Shown here piece after piece: positions 50,602 through 62,277 of a stretch of DNA of 64,000 bases. The position numbers were made by a program, and so were the translations under genes. The notes beneath the pieces are model-generated. The model ran no database searches. It worked only from the letters and a program-made list of their open reading frames with translations, and was not told where the DNA came from. Positions within the stretch are counted from its first letter, which is position 1. Each line of letters begins with the position of its first letter. The stretch comes from Candidatus Kapaibacterium sp. (GTDB lineage: Bacteria; Bacteroidota; Ignavibacteria; Kapaibacteriales; HRBIN21): contig JANXCT010000003.1 in NCBI GenBank assembly GCA_025059875.1, forward strand, positions 4,176 to 68,175, in the 5' to 3' direction.

Positions 50602-51035
50602 TCAATCCTCAGAAATCTGCCTCCGGGCCCGCGCCAACTGAGCGGTTCGGAAGTTGATCTCGGCTTCCCGAAGCTCTTGGCGGGCCCGCCGGAGTTCGTC
50701 CCGCGTCTGGGCTGCATTGAGCTGGGCTCGTGCTGACTGGAGCCGCTGAGCCGCCTGCTGGAGATCTATCTCCTCCCCTGCAACGATGCTCTCTACGAGT
50801 ACTGCAACGTGGTTGTGGAGGACTTCGACGAACCCACTACCGATAGCGTAGTAGACCGGCGTCAGATCAGGCAGCAGGATTTTGAGCACCCCTGGCTCCA
50901 GAGTCGAAAGAATGGGAGCATGCTGGTAGAGCACTTGGAATGGAGCCACCGTCCCCGGGAGAGTCACAGCAACCGCCTTGCCCTGGAAGACCGTCCCTCG
51001 AGGAGTGATGATATCGACGTCGAGAGCCCTGTCCA

Positions 51036-51036
<1 letters not shown>
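50602..51036 (-). CDS. atpC: ATP synthase F1 epsilon subunit
   Basis: DIITP, LPG...QVLYQHAPILSTL, GFVEV; follows atpD. Confidence 0.93.
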
Positions 51037-52496
<1,460 letters not shown>

Positions 52497-52526
52497 TCAA
52501 GTCCCGCAAAACTAAGCAAATCCCCT

Positions 52527-53234
52527 TCAGCGCTCTACTGAGAGCTTCTTCAGCTGGGAGATGTGCCAAGTGATGTTGATCTCCTTCGGACAAGCCTCCA
52601 CGCAGTTGAAGATTGTGTGACAGCGCCAGACGCCGTTCTCTGTACCGACAACAGCTAAGCGCTCTTCTGTTGCACCGTCACGCGGGTCAAAGATGAAGCG
52701 GTATGCCTTCAGCATAGCTGCTGGAGCCAAGTAATCAGGATGTGACCACAGAGATGGACACGATGCGGAGCAGCATCCGCAGAGAATGCACTTCGTAGAT
52801 TCCATGATCCGCTCCATCTGCTCCGGAAAGACACGGTACTCTCGCCCATCCTCTGGAGGCTCTTCCTTCGGAATCAGGTAAGGCTTGACGGCCTCGTACT
52901 TGCGGAAGAAGGGCTCCATATCAACCACGAGGTCCTTGATGATCGGGAAGAACGGCAGCGGCTCGATCGTGATCGGTCGGCGGAGGTCCAAGTCTTTGAG
53001 CAGTACGGTACAGGCAAGCGCGTTCTTGCCGTTGATCTTCATCGCATCAGAGCCACACATCCCATGAGCACACGAGCGACGGAAGGTCAGCGTACCATCC
53101 TGCTCCTCTTTGATACGGTGGAGAATGTCCAGGACACGGTCGGTCGGATGGGTATCTTCGACGGTAAAGAGCTGGTAGTGCGGACGAGCGTCCGTCTCAG
53201 GGTTATACCGCAGGATCTTTACCTGGAGCCGCAT
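52527..53234 (-). CDS. sdhB: Succinate dehydrogenase iron-sulfur subunit
   Basis: SCAHGMCGSD, CILCGCCSASCP, CHTIFNCVEACP. TAAGTTTG element at 53269-53276. Start could be 53249. Confidence 0.93.
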   Translation of the reverse strand: MRLQVKILRYNPETDARPHYQLFTVEDTHPTDRVLDILHRIKEEQDGTLTFRRSCAHGMCGSDAMKINGKNALACTVLLKDLDLRRPITIEPLPFFPIIKDLVVDMEPFFRKYEAVKPYLIPKEEPPEDGREYRVFPEQMERIMESTKCILCGCCSASCPSLWSHPDYLAPAAMLKAYRFIFDPRDGATEERLAVVGTENGVWRCHTIFNCVEACPKEINITWHISQLKKLSVER

Positions 53235-53381
53235 GGGTCTACTTGGCATCTCTCTAAGCACCTGCGCACAAACTTACGACCTCACCTGAGTTTCCCTTCA
53301 TTGACCTTCGTCATCCCTCCAGTGGGACATCGCAGTCATACGTCTACCTGAGCTTAGCTACCGAGCACATACTACGAGGAT

Positions 53382-54587
53382 ATGGCTACAGGCTCAGTCA
53401 TCCTCATTGGCCCGGCACATCCCCTACGCGGCGGAGGGATTGCAACGTACACAGAAACCTTAGCGGCAACGTATCGGCGCTTAGGACGGCGAGCTGCTAT
53501 CGTCACATTCCGCTACCAGTACCCGCAGTGGCTCTTCCCGGGCAAGACGCAGCTCAGTTCTGAGCCGCCACCTACGGGATTGGAGATCTACCCCATCCTC
53601 CACTCACTCTGGCCAGTCAACTGGCTCAAAACCGCTCGGCAAATAGCCGAATGGAATCCCGAGGTACTCCTCGTTAACGTTTGGCTCCCCTTCTTTGCCC
53701 CATGCTTAGGCACGATCGTACGCGCTGTACGCCGACGGCGACCAACGATCGTTTCGGTTGGCATCATTCACAACGTAACACCCCATGAGCATTTCCCGGC
53801 TGCAGATGCCTTAACTCGCTATGTCCTGCGGCCACTTGACGCCTTCTTGCTCCTTTCCGAAGCCGTGGCCCGCGAGCTCCAGCGCTTTGATGCCTCCAAG
53901 CCGCGGCGCGTGTCGCTTCATCCGCCATTTGAGTATGGCGAGCTGGTTTCGCAAGAAGAAGCACGCCAGCGGTTGGGCCTACCACTGAACGCTCCAGTCG
54001 TGCTCTTCTTCGGCTTGGTCCGCCTGTACAAGGGAGTTGATCTTCTCTTGGAAGCCCTGCCGCGAATACCCCTGCCTGCTTACACCGTCATTGCCGGCGA
54101 GTGGTACATAGATCCGGCTCCATTCCTGCGCCGTGCCCGTGAACTTGGGGTGAGCGAGCGACTCGTCGTCCTCAACCGCTTCATCCGGCGTGAAGAAGCG
54201 CCTCTCCTCTTCAGTGCAGCCGATATCGTCGTGCAACCATATCGCAGTGCGACTCAGAGCGGAGTTACTCCCTTGGCACTCCGCTACCAACGTCCTGTTG
54301 TGGTTACCAACGTCGGTGGGCTTGCCGAGTACGTTGAGCCTGGGAAGACTGGCTACGTTGTCCCGCCTACTCCGGAGGCTATTGCGGCAGCTCTCACAGA
54401 CTTCTTCGTACACCGTCGAGGAGTGTCGTTTGCCCCCTTTCTCCAAGCTGCCGCTCAGCGGTGGAGTTGGGACAACGTCGTCACGACCTTAGACGAACTT
54501 GTCGAAGGAGTGCTCCAGCAGCGCCAGCAACAGAACCGCACGCAGACACGCCCCGGAAAGGAAGCCCTACGCCAAGGCCTCCCGTAA
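53382..54587 (+). CDS. Glycosyltransferase family 4 (GT-B)
   Basis: GPAHPLRGG, FFGLVRLYKG, PYRSATQSG, TNVGGLAE. Confidence 0.9.
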   Translation: MATGSVILIGPAHPLRGGGIATYTETLAATYRRLGRRAAIVTFRYQYPQWLFPGKTQLSSEPPPTGLEIYPILHSLWPVNWLKTARQIAEWNPEVLLVNVWLPFFAPCLGTIVRAVRRRRPTIVSVGIIHNVTPHEHFPAADALTRYVLRPLDAFLLLSEAVARELQRFDASKPRRVSLHPPFEYGELVSQEEARQRLGLPLNAPVVLFFGLVRLYKGVDLLLEALPRIPLPAYTVIAGEWYIDPAPFLRRARELGVSERLVVLNRFIRREEAPLLFSAADIVVQPYRSATQSGVTPLALRYQRPVVVTNVGGLAEYVEPGKTGYVVPPTPEAIAAALTDFFVHRRGVSFAPFLQAAAQRWSWDNVVTTLDELVEGVLQQRQQQNRTQTRPGKEALRQGLP

Positions 54588-55580
54588 GCGTGCCGAGGCG
54601 TAGTCCAATATCCAGACTACGGCAGCAATCACCAGCACAATTAGGCCAACCTCATGCCAGCGAGCTAGCCCCTGGTACTGCATCAGAAGCGTTCCAATAC
54701 CGCCACCCCCCACCAAGCCGATTACCGTTGCCATCCGGACGTTCGTATCCCAGCGGTAGATCGTGAACGCCAAGAAGGGCAGCACCACCTGCGGCACGAT
54801 CCCGAACCAGACGACCTGGATCGGATGCGCCCCTGTCGACTCCACTGCCTCAATGAGTCCAGGGTCGACGGATTCCACCTGCTCCGAGTACAGCTTCGCT
54901 AACGCGGCCACTGTATGTACCGTCATCGCCAACATCCCAGCAAAAGGGCCAATCCCAACCCAGACGGAGAAGATGACAGCCCAGATGAGTGGCTCAACCG
55001 AGCGTGTGAAGTTGATGAGCACCCGAAGGACCGCGTAGAGCGCAAACGTCAAAGGATGGCGTCGCATTACGTTCCGCGCTGCAAGGAATCCAAGGAGCAA
55101 TGCTGGCGCTAAGCCGGCCAAGGTGGCCATCAGCGCAATGTAGATGGTCTGCACCATCGCCGCGAGAGCTTTATCCAAGATGGAGAACTCGGGGGTCAAC
55201 AGCGCCCGGAAGAGACGGCCCGCGCTCTCCAAGCCCTGTGGCGAGAAGAGCTCCAGCGGCGAGATCTTCGTCACCACCCAGCCTGCCCAAACCGTCAGTA
55301 CTAACAGCGACAGTCCCCAGTGAAGAGCTCCAGCTTGCTGCCACGGACGGAGCCCATGCCCGCCAGCACTAATCCATGCGCCAAGCGTGCAATGGCATCC
55401 TAGTCCAATCGCCACCGTCAAAGCTCCGCCTCCCACGTACGCTGCCAACTCGACGGCAGAGATGACCTCTGAACCGCTCCCCACCACCATGTGCTGCCAC
55501 ACAACCCGATGGAGAACAACGGCCGCGTACGTGCCCAACAGGAAGTCCACCACGATACCCTGCCAACGGCGGTGCGTCAT
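54567..55580 (-). CDS. phnE: Phosphonate/phosphite ABC transporter permease
   Basis: VGIGPFAG, KLYSEQVESVDPG, YRWDTNVRMATVIGLVGGGGIG. Confidence 0.88.
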   Translation of the reverse strand: MTHRRWQGIVVDFLLGTYAAVVLHRVVWQHMVVGSGSEVISAVELAAYVGGGALTVAIGLGCHCTLGAWISAGGHGLRPWQQAGALHWGLSLLVLTVWAGWVVTKISPLELFSPQGLESAGRLFRALLTPEFSILDKALAAMVQTIYIALMATLAGLAPALLLGFLAARNVMRRHPLTFALYAVLRVLINFTRSVEPLIWAVIFSVWVGIGPFAGMLAMTVHTVAALAKLYSEQVESVDPGLIEAVESTGAHPIQVVWFGIVPQVVLPFLAFTIYRWDTNVRMATVIGLVGGGGIGTLLMQYQGLARWHEVGLIVLVIAAVVWILDYASARLREALA

Positions 55581-56341
55581 CGGATCTCCACCTCCTGTGC
55601 TTCCTCGCCGTAGATGTGGCGGAACCACTCGTCGGTGATTTCCGTTGGAGCCCCCTCGAACACTATGCGCCCTGCGCGGAGCGCGACGACACGGTGAGCA
55701 TAGCGCCGCACGAGGCTCAAGAAATGGAGGCTGCAGACGACTGTGACGCCAAAGCGCTGGTTGACCTCCTCCAAGTACCGCATGACAGAGTGAGACGTTG
55801 CCGGATCCAGACTAGCCACAGGCTCATCCGCCAAAAGGGCCTGAGGACGCTGCATGAGGGCTCGGGCAATTGCCACCCGTTGTTTCTGTCCACCGGAGAG
55901 CATCCGGACACGGTCGTAGGCCTTGTCAGCAAGTCCGACCACTTCCAAGTTGTGCAGTGCCTCTTCGATGAGCTCTTGCGAGAAACTCCCCACGAGCGAA
56001 CGCCAGACGCTGACACGCCCCAGAGCACCTACGAGCACGTTCTCCAAAACCGTCCGACGCTCAACGACGTTGAATTGCTGGAAGATCATCCCAATCCGCT
56101 GACGGAAGCGGCGTAGTTCCCGTCCCTGGAGATGGGTCACGTCCTGCCCATCGAAAAGGACTCGCCCTGTCGTTGGCTCGGTGAGCCGATTGATACAGCG
56201 CAGCAGTGTAGACTTCCCAGAGCCACTCAGCCCAATGACAGCCAGGAACTCCCCCCGCTGCACTTGCAACGAGACACCATCCAACGCCTTAACACCATTT
56301 GGGAAGACCTTGCTGACGTCGTGGAGCTCAATGAGTGCCAT
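55577..56341 (-). CDS. phnC: Phosphonate/phosphite ABC transporter ATP-binding protein
   Basis: GLSGSGKST, LSGGQKQR, ADEPVASLDP. Confidence 0.9.
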   Translation of the reverse strand: MALIELHDVSKVFPNGVKALDGVSLQVQRGEFLAVIGLSGSGKSTLLRCINRLTEPTTGRVLFDGQDVTHLQGRELRRFRQRIGMIFQQFNVVERRTVLENVLVGALGRVSVWRSLVGSFSQELIEEALHNLEVVGLADKAYDRVRMLSGGQKQRVAIARALMQRPQALLADEPVASLDPATSHSVMRYLEEVNQRFGVTVVCSLHFLSLVRRYAHRVVALRAGRIVFEGAPTEITDEWFRHIYGEEAQEVEIR

Positions 56342-57294
56342 CAGCGCAGCAACCTCTCTACATCGCCAACATATCGGCGCAGGAGTTGCCGAAGTCCGTC
56401 GTAGTCTTGGTCCCGCACGGGTGCGAACCCCTCCACGCTGTAAATCTCAAAGAGAGCCCGCCGACCTTCCGGCGTAGACTGGAATGCCAAAAGACCGCGC
56501 ACGAGCCGCTCCACAACAGGCTCGGGCAAATCTGCCCGCACGACGATGGGGTCATTCGGAATGGAATCCGTCAGTGCGATGATCCGCACCTTCTCCACAA
56601 CATCTGGGAACTGCTTTAGGACGCGAGCTCGAGCATCACGGATTTCCCCCGTAACGGGGTCTGGCGGCGAGTAGTACGTTGCTCCGGCATCCACCTGGCG
56701 CTGGTAGACCATCGTCACCACGTTGTCGTGGCGCATCGCGAAGACCTCTTCCGCAGGACGGACACCTGCCTGTTCCAGGAGTGCTTTGGGCAAGATGTAG
56801 CCAGAGGTAGAGGCCGGGTCAACGTAGGCGATGCGCTTTCCGGAGAGCTGCTCCAGTTCTCGGATGCCGGTATTCGTGTGGGTGATGATCTGGCCACGGT
56901 AGCTCAGCTCCCCATGTCGCCGGACGACTCGGAGTACAGCCCGGACCCCATACCGTTCGCGGGCCAATAGGTAGCTGAAGGCATTCATCGCAGCGATATC
57001 AGCCTTCCCTGCTCCGAAGGCTTCTACGACGGCTATGTAGCTCGTCGGTACCGAAGCCTCGACGTGATAGCCCGTAGCTTGCCGGAGGAATCTCACAAGC
57101 GCCTCGGCGCTCTCTGTCACCTTCTGGGCGTCCACAGCCGGCACCAGCAATAGCCGTATAGGTCGTCCCGGTGTACCCAGGGCCTGGGAGACAAACAACG
57201 GCTGAAGCGAGAGCTTCGCAACACCGGCCAGCAACAGAATGCCATAGCCTAACAATAGGCGCAGTAGCCGCCGTCTGTGTTGCCCGAATTCCAT
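56341..57294 (-). CDS. phnD: Phosphate/phosphite/phosphonate ABC transporter substrate-binding protein
   Basis: YVDPASTSGYILP, HDNVV, IPNDP, DQDYD. Confidence 0.85.
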   Translation of the reverse strand: MEFGQHRRRLLRLLLGYGILLLAGVAKLSLQPLFVSQALGTPGRPIRLLLVPAVDAQKVTESAEALVRFLRQATGYHVEASVPTSYIAVVEAFGAGKADIAAMNAFSYLLARERYGVRAVLRVVRRHGELSYRGQIITHTNTGIRELEQLSGKRIAYVDPASTSGYILPKALLEQAGVRPAEEVFAMRHDNVVTMVYQRQVDAGATYYSPPDPVTGEIRDARARVLKQFPDVVEKVRIIALTDSIPNDPIVVRADLPEPVVERLVRGLLAFQSTPEGRRALFEIYSVEGFAPVRDQDYDGLRQLLRRYVGDVERLLR

Positions 57295-57342
57295 AGGTTT
57301 GCGCGTCAAAAGAGGGCCTGTGTCACGCCAAATTACAACGCC

Positions 57343-57777
57343 ATGTACCTACCTGTGCTGTTAGCTCTTCTGCTGCTCCTATCGTGTGCTCCGAGCCGTC
57401 AGCCCGAACCAGCAGCCGAGCCGCAAGAGCTCCGACTGGATACAGCTCCTAAACCAGTCGCGGATACAGCTGCTGCGCAGCCGGCTGCAGTTCCTCAGCA
57501 GAGTGCCGACACAGCGAAGCAGACGGCAACTCCACAGAAGACCGAGCAGAAAGCCCAGCAGCAAAAAGCCCAGCAACAGCAGCCTCGTCGGCTACCGCCA
57601 GCTCCGCAGACGGTAACGCCTCCTGAGGAAGGGATCCAGATCCGCACAGAGAAGAAGCCACGCGACGGCGCCACTCAGCAACAAGCCCCCCAGCAGCAAG
57701 CTCCTCAACAGCAGCAGAGTGGTGCCGAAGAGGGCGGCCTGCAGATTCGAACTGAGAAGAAGCCGCGTAATCCGTAA
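57343..57777 (+). CDS. Gln/Pro/Ala-rich low-complexity lipoprotein
   Basis: Lipobox LLSC and a duplicated QIRTEKKPR motif. TAGGTTTG element at 57294-57301. Confidence 0.65.
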   Translation: MYLPVLLALLLLLSCAPSRQPEPAAEPQELRLDTAPKPVADTAAAQPAAVPQQSADTAKQTATPQKTEQKAQQQKAQQQQPRRLPPAPQTVTPPEEGIQIRTEKKPRDGATQQQAPQQQAPQQQQSGAEEGGLQIRTEKKPRNP

Positions 57778-57811
57778 AGCTGCTCCTGAGGACGAGAGTG
57801 TAGAGGCCGCC

Positions 57812-59071
57812 ATGAACCTGCACGAGTTCCAAGCGAAGGAGCTCCTACAACGATACGGCGTCCCAATTCCATTGGGACGGGTCGTCCGGACTGCTGAAGA
57901 GGCTGGGGCCGTCACTTATCGAGACTTCGTGCTGCGGAACATCAATGCCATCGTTGTGAAGGCACAGATCCACGCTGGTGGGCGCGGGAAAGGTCAGTTC
58001 GTCCATGCCGAGACCGGCGAACCCCTCACTTGGAACGGGGAACCGCTGCGGGGCGTGGTGCTCCTACGGGAGGGCAACATCGCCGACAAAGCCTACCGGG
58101 TAGGCCTGTTGATGCTGGGGAATCGGCTAGTCACGGCACAAACAGGTCCCGCAGGACGCCGTGTGCGTTATCTGCTCCTCGAAGAGGCACTCCCGATTGC
58201 TCAGGAGCTCTACGTGAGCATCACATTGGACCGCAGCCGTCGCCGGCCCCTGCTTATGGTCTCTGGCGAGGGAGGTGTGGAGATCGAAACGATTGCAGCC
58301 GAACGTCCTTCGGCATTGCTACGCGAGCACATTCACCCCTTCTTAGGCCTCCAAGCCTTCCAAGCACGCCGTATTGCCTTCTGGATCAGACTGGAAGGCG
58401 AGTTGATCCCTACCTTCACGGAGCTGCTCCAGAGGCTTGCCCATGCTTACGACGAGCTTGAGTGTAGTCTGCTGGAGTTGAACCCGCTGGTCCGTACCCA
58501 GGACGGACGCTTCATCGCCCTGGATGCCAAAGTGAGCTTGGATGACAACGCCCTCTTCCGCCATCCGGACCTAGCCGCATTAAGGGACACCGAGGAAGAA
58601 GACCCGCGGGAGGTGGAAGCCTCTCAATACCACCTCAGCTACGTCAAACTCGATGGGAACGTTGGCTGCATGGTCAATGGAGCTGGTCTGGCAATGGCAA
58701 CGATGGACATGATCCAACTCGCGGGAGGCCGACCAGCGAACTTCCTGGACGTGGGGGGTGCAGCTAACGTAGAGCGGATTGCCCATGCTTTCCGGATTAT
58801 GCTCTCCGATCCCGACGTCCGGGTAGCCTTGGTCAACATCTTCGGGGGAATCGTGCGCTGTGACCGCGTCGCTCAGGGAATCGTTCAGGCACTCCAGCAG
58901 ATAGAACCGACCGTTCCGATTGTCGTCCGGCTGGAAGGGACGAATGCCGAAGAGGCAGCCCAAATCCTCCACGCTTCGGGGTTGCGGTTCCGCGTCGCTC
59001 GGAGCTTGGAGGAAGCTACAGCCCAGGTTCGGGAAGCTCTCCAAGAGGCCGGTGCACAGGCAGTAGTGTAG
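57812..59071 (+). CDS. sucC: Succinyl-CoA synthetase beta subunit
   Basis: MNLHEFQAKELL, KAQIHAGGRGK, GCMVNGAGLAMATMD, NFLDVGG, NIFGGIVRCD. Confidence 0.96.
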   Translation: MNLHEFQAKELLQRYGVPIPLGRVVRTAEEAGAVTYRDFVLRNINAIVVKAQIHAGGRGKGQFVHAETGEPLTWNGEPLRGVVLLREGNIADKAYRVGLLMLGNRLVTAQTGPAGRRVRYLLLEEALPIAQELYVSITLDRSRRRPLLMVSGEGGVEIETIAAERPSALLREHIHPFLGLQAFQARRIAFWIRLEGELIPTFTELLQRLAHAYDELECSLLELNPLVRTQDGRFIALDAKVSLDDNALFRHPDLAALRDTEEEDPREVEASQYHLSYVKLDGNVGCMVNGAGLAMATMDMIQLAGGRPANFLDVGGAANVERIAHAFRIMLSDPDVRVALVNIFGGIVRCDRVAQGIVQALQQIEPTVPIVVRLEGTNAEEAAQILHASGLRFRVARSLEEATAQVREALQEAGAQAVV

Positions 59072-60082
<1,011 letters not shown>

Positions 60083-60094
60083 GCAGCCACCTCA

Positions 60095-61297
60095 ATGATA
60101 CTCCGCCTGCACGAGCTGCCGATTGCTGGACGCCGTGCCTTGGTACGCGTCGACTTCAACGTCCCGCTCTCCGAGGACGGGGCTATCGTCGACGACACCC
60201 GCATTCGAGAGGCGCTACCAACACTCCAAGAGCTTCGCTCAGCCGGAGCGATACCAATCCTCCTCTCCCACCTCGGACGCCCGAAGGGTAAGCCCATGCC
60301 GCATCTGTCGTTAGCTCCTGTTGCCCGCCACCTGGCAACACTGCTGGATTGCACTGTACACTTTGCTCCCGACTGCATCGGCGAGCCTGCCCAGCGAAGC
60401 ATTGCCGACGCCCGCCCAGGGGATGTCGTCGTCTTAGAGAACCTCCGCTTCCACCCAGGCGAGGAGTCCAACGACGAAGCCTTTGCCGCGCAGTTGGTTC
60501 ACGGGACTGAAGTCTACGTCAACGACGCCTTCGGGACCATTCACCGAGCACACGCAAGCGTTGTAGCGCTTCCGCGTCGGATGCGGTGGAAAGGCATGGG
60601 GTTGCTAATGGAGCGCGAAATCACGGCGCTCCGACGACTCCGAGACACTGCCGAACGCCCGTACGTCGCCATCCTGGGTGGGGCGAAGGTATCTGACAAG
60701 CTGGATGTGCTGCAGGCCCTGCTCCAGCGCTGCGACGTGCTCTTGCTCGGCGGCGGCATGGCCTTCACGTTCTTGGCAGCCCGTGGAGTCCAAATCGGCA
60801 ACTCCCTCGTAGAGCCTGACCTCATCCCCACAGCTCACCAACTCCTCCAGCAGGCCGATGCTCTCGGCAAGCAGATCCTACTTCCCGTCGATGTCTACTG
60901 CGCTCCGGAACTGCGCAATGGGGCTCCCGTGCAGCTCGCCTTGCTCTCGGAGGGAGGCATTCCCGAAGGCTGGAGAGGAGCCGATATCGGGCCACAGACA
61001 GTAGCGCTCTTCGCACGCCAACTGGAGTCTGCTCGCACCATCTTCTGGAATGGCCCGCTTGGCGTCTACGAAATCCCTGCATTCCGCGCTGGGACCCTTG
61101 AACTAGCCCGCGCTATTGCTGAAGCCACCCGCCGGGGGGCTTTCAGCCTGGTCGGTGGCGGCGATTCCGTTGCAGCGCTACGGCAGTTAGGGATGGAGAG
61201 TGCTGTAAGCCACCTCTCTACTGGTGGTGGCGCATCGCTGGAATTCTTGGCGGGACGCACTCTACCTGGCCTAGAGGCCTTGGAGGGGCAATCTTAG
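60095..61297 (+). CDS. pgk: Phosphoglycerate kinase
   Basis: RVDFNVP, SHLGRP, LENLRF, GGAKVSDK, WNGPLG, STGGGASLE. Confidence 0.98.
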   Translation: MILRLHELPIAGRRALVRVDFNVPLSEDGAIVDDTRIREALPTLQELRSAGAIPILLSHLGRPKGKPMPHLSLAPVARHLATLLDCTVHFAPDCIGEPAQRSIADARPGDVVVLENLRFHPGEESNDEAFAAQLVHGTEVYVNDAFGTIHRAHASVVALPRRMRWKGMGLLMEREITALRRLRDTAERPYVAILGGAKVSDKLDVLQALLQRCDVLLLGGGMAFTFLAARGVQIGNSLVEPDLIPTAHQLLQQADALGKQILLPVDVYCAPELRNGAPVQLALLSEGGIPEGWRGADIGPQTVALFARQLESARTIFWNGPLGVYEIPAFRAGTLELARAIAEATRRGAFSLVGGGDSVAALRQLGMESAVSHLSTGGGASLEFLAGRTLPGLEALEGQS

Positions 61298-61344
61298 CCG
61301 ATGGGCTACGTCTTACAGCGCCAGGTACGGAAGTACCCCAGGCG

Positions 61345-62277
61345 ATGACCTACTACGACACCTGGCGCCGGCGCCGCTTCCTGGCCGATAATCCAGCCCT
61401 GCGAGCAATCATCCTCCTCAACATTGCCGTCTTCGTTGTCCAGCACCTCTTCCTAGCCCTCTTCCGGTACCACGGCACACCGCTGGAGGTGTTCTTCGTA
61501 GAGTACTTCGCCCTCCAGCCTCTGCTGAGCGGTTCCTTCTTCCCCTGGCAGCTCCTGACCTACCAGTTCATGCACGCTGGTTTGGAGAACATCTGGCACA
61601 TCGTCTTCAACCTCTTCATCCTCTGGATGTTCGGGATGGAGCTAGAGCAGCTCTGGGGAAGCCGGCGCTTCACGTGGTACTACCTACTCTGCGGGATTGG
61701 AGCTGGCCTCCTCCACCTCCTCGTCCAGCTCTTCTGGACCTACCCTGCCCCAACGGTCGGCGCATCGGGAGCCGTCTACGGCGTGCTGCTTGCCTTCGGT
61801 CTGACCTTCCCTGACCGCCCTGTCTTCATGTTCCCCTTCTTCATCCCCATCCCGGCCCGCATCCTTGTCATCCTCATGGCAGGCATTGAGTTCATCTCTG
61901 GCGTCAGCAGCGCTGGCTCGCCAATTGCGCACTTTGCCCACCTGGGAGGCGCCCTCACCGGTTTCCTCCTGCTGCGCTTCGGAGACCGCGTGGGACTCTT
62001 CTCAGCTCTCGATCGAGCGTGGTTCTGGGCACGTCGAGCACGTTTCCGGCTCTCCGCTCCACCACGGCGCAGGAGCAGGAGAGGTGTTTCGCAACCTCAA
62101 ACGGTGCGCCTTGTCCCTGCTGAGGAGGTCCTCCTCTACTTTGAAGGGCAGCCTATCACCCAGAGCGACATTGACGCCATCCTGGACAAGATTGCGGCCT
62201 TCGGGTACGAAAGCTTGTCGGAACGCGAACGTCGCATTCTCTACGAAGCAAGTCGCCGTCTCCAAGCAGAGCCATGA
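61345..62277 (+). CDS. Rhomboid family intramembrane serine protease with soluble C-terminal tail
   Basis: TYQFMH, HIVFN, GASG, AHFAHLGG, tail IDAILDKI...GYESLS. Confidence 0.9.
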   Translation: MTYYDTWRRRRFLADNPALRAIILLNIAVFVVQHLFLALFRYHGTPLEVFFVEYFALQPLLSGSFFPWQLLTYQFMHAGLENIWHIVFNLFILWMFGMELEQLWGSRRFTWYYLLCGIGAGLLHLLVQLFWTYPAPTVGASGAVYGVLLAFGLTFPDRPVFMFPFFIPIPARILVILMAGIEFISGVSSAGSPIAHFAHLGGALTGFLLLRFGDRVGLFSALDRAWFWARRARFRLSAPPRRRSRRGVSQPQTVRLVPAEEVLLYFEGQPITQSDIDAILDKIAAFGYESLSERERRILYEASRRLQAEP

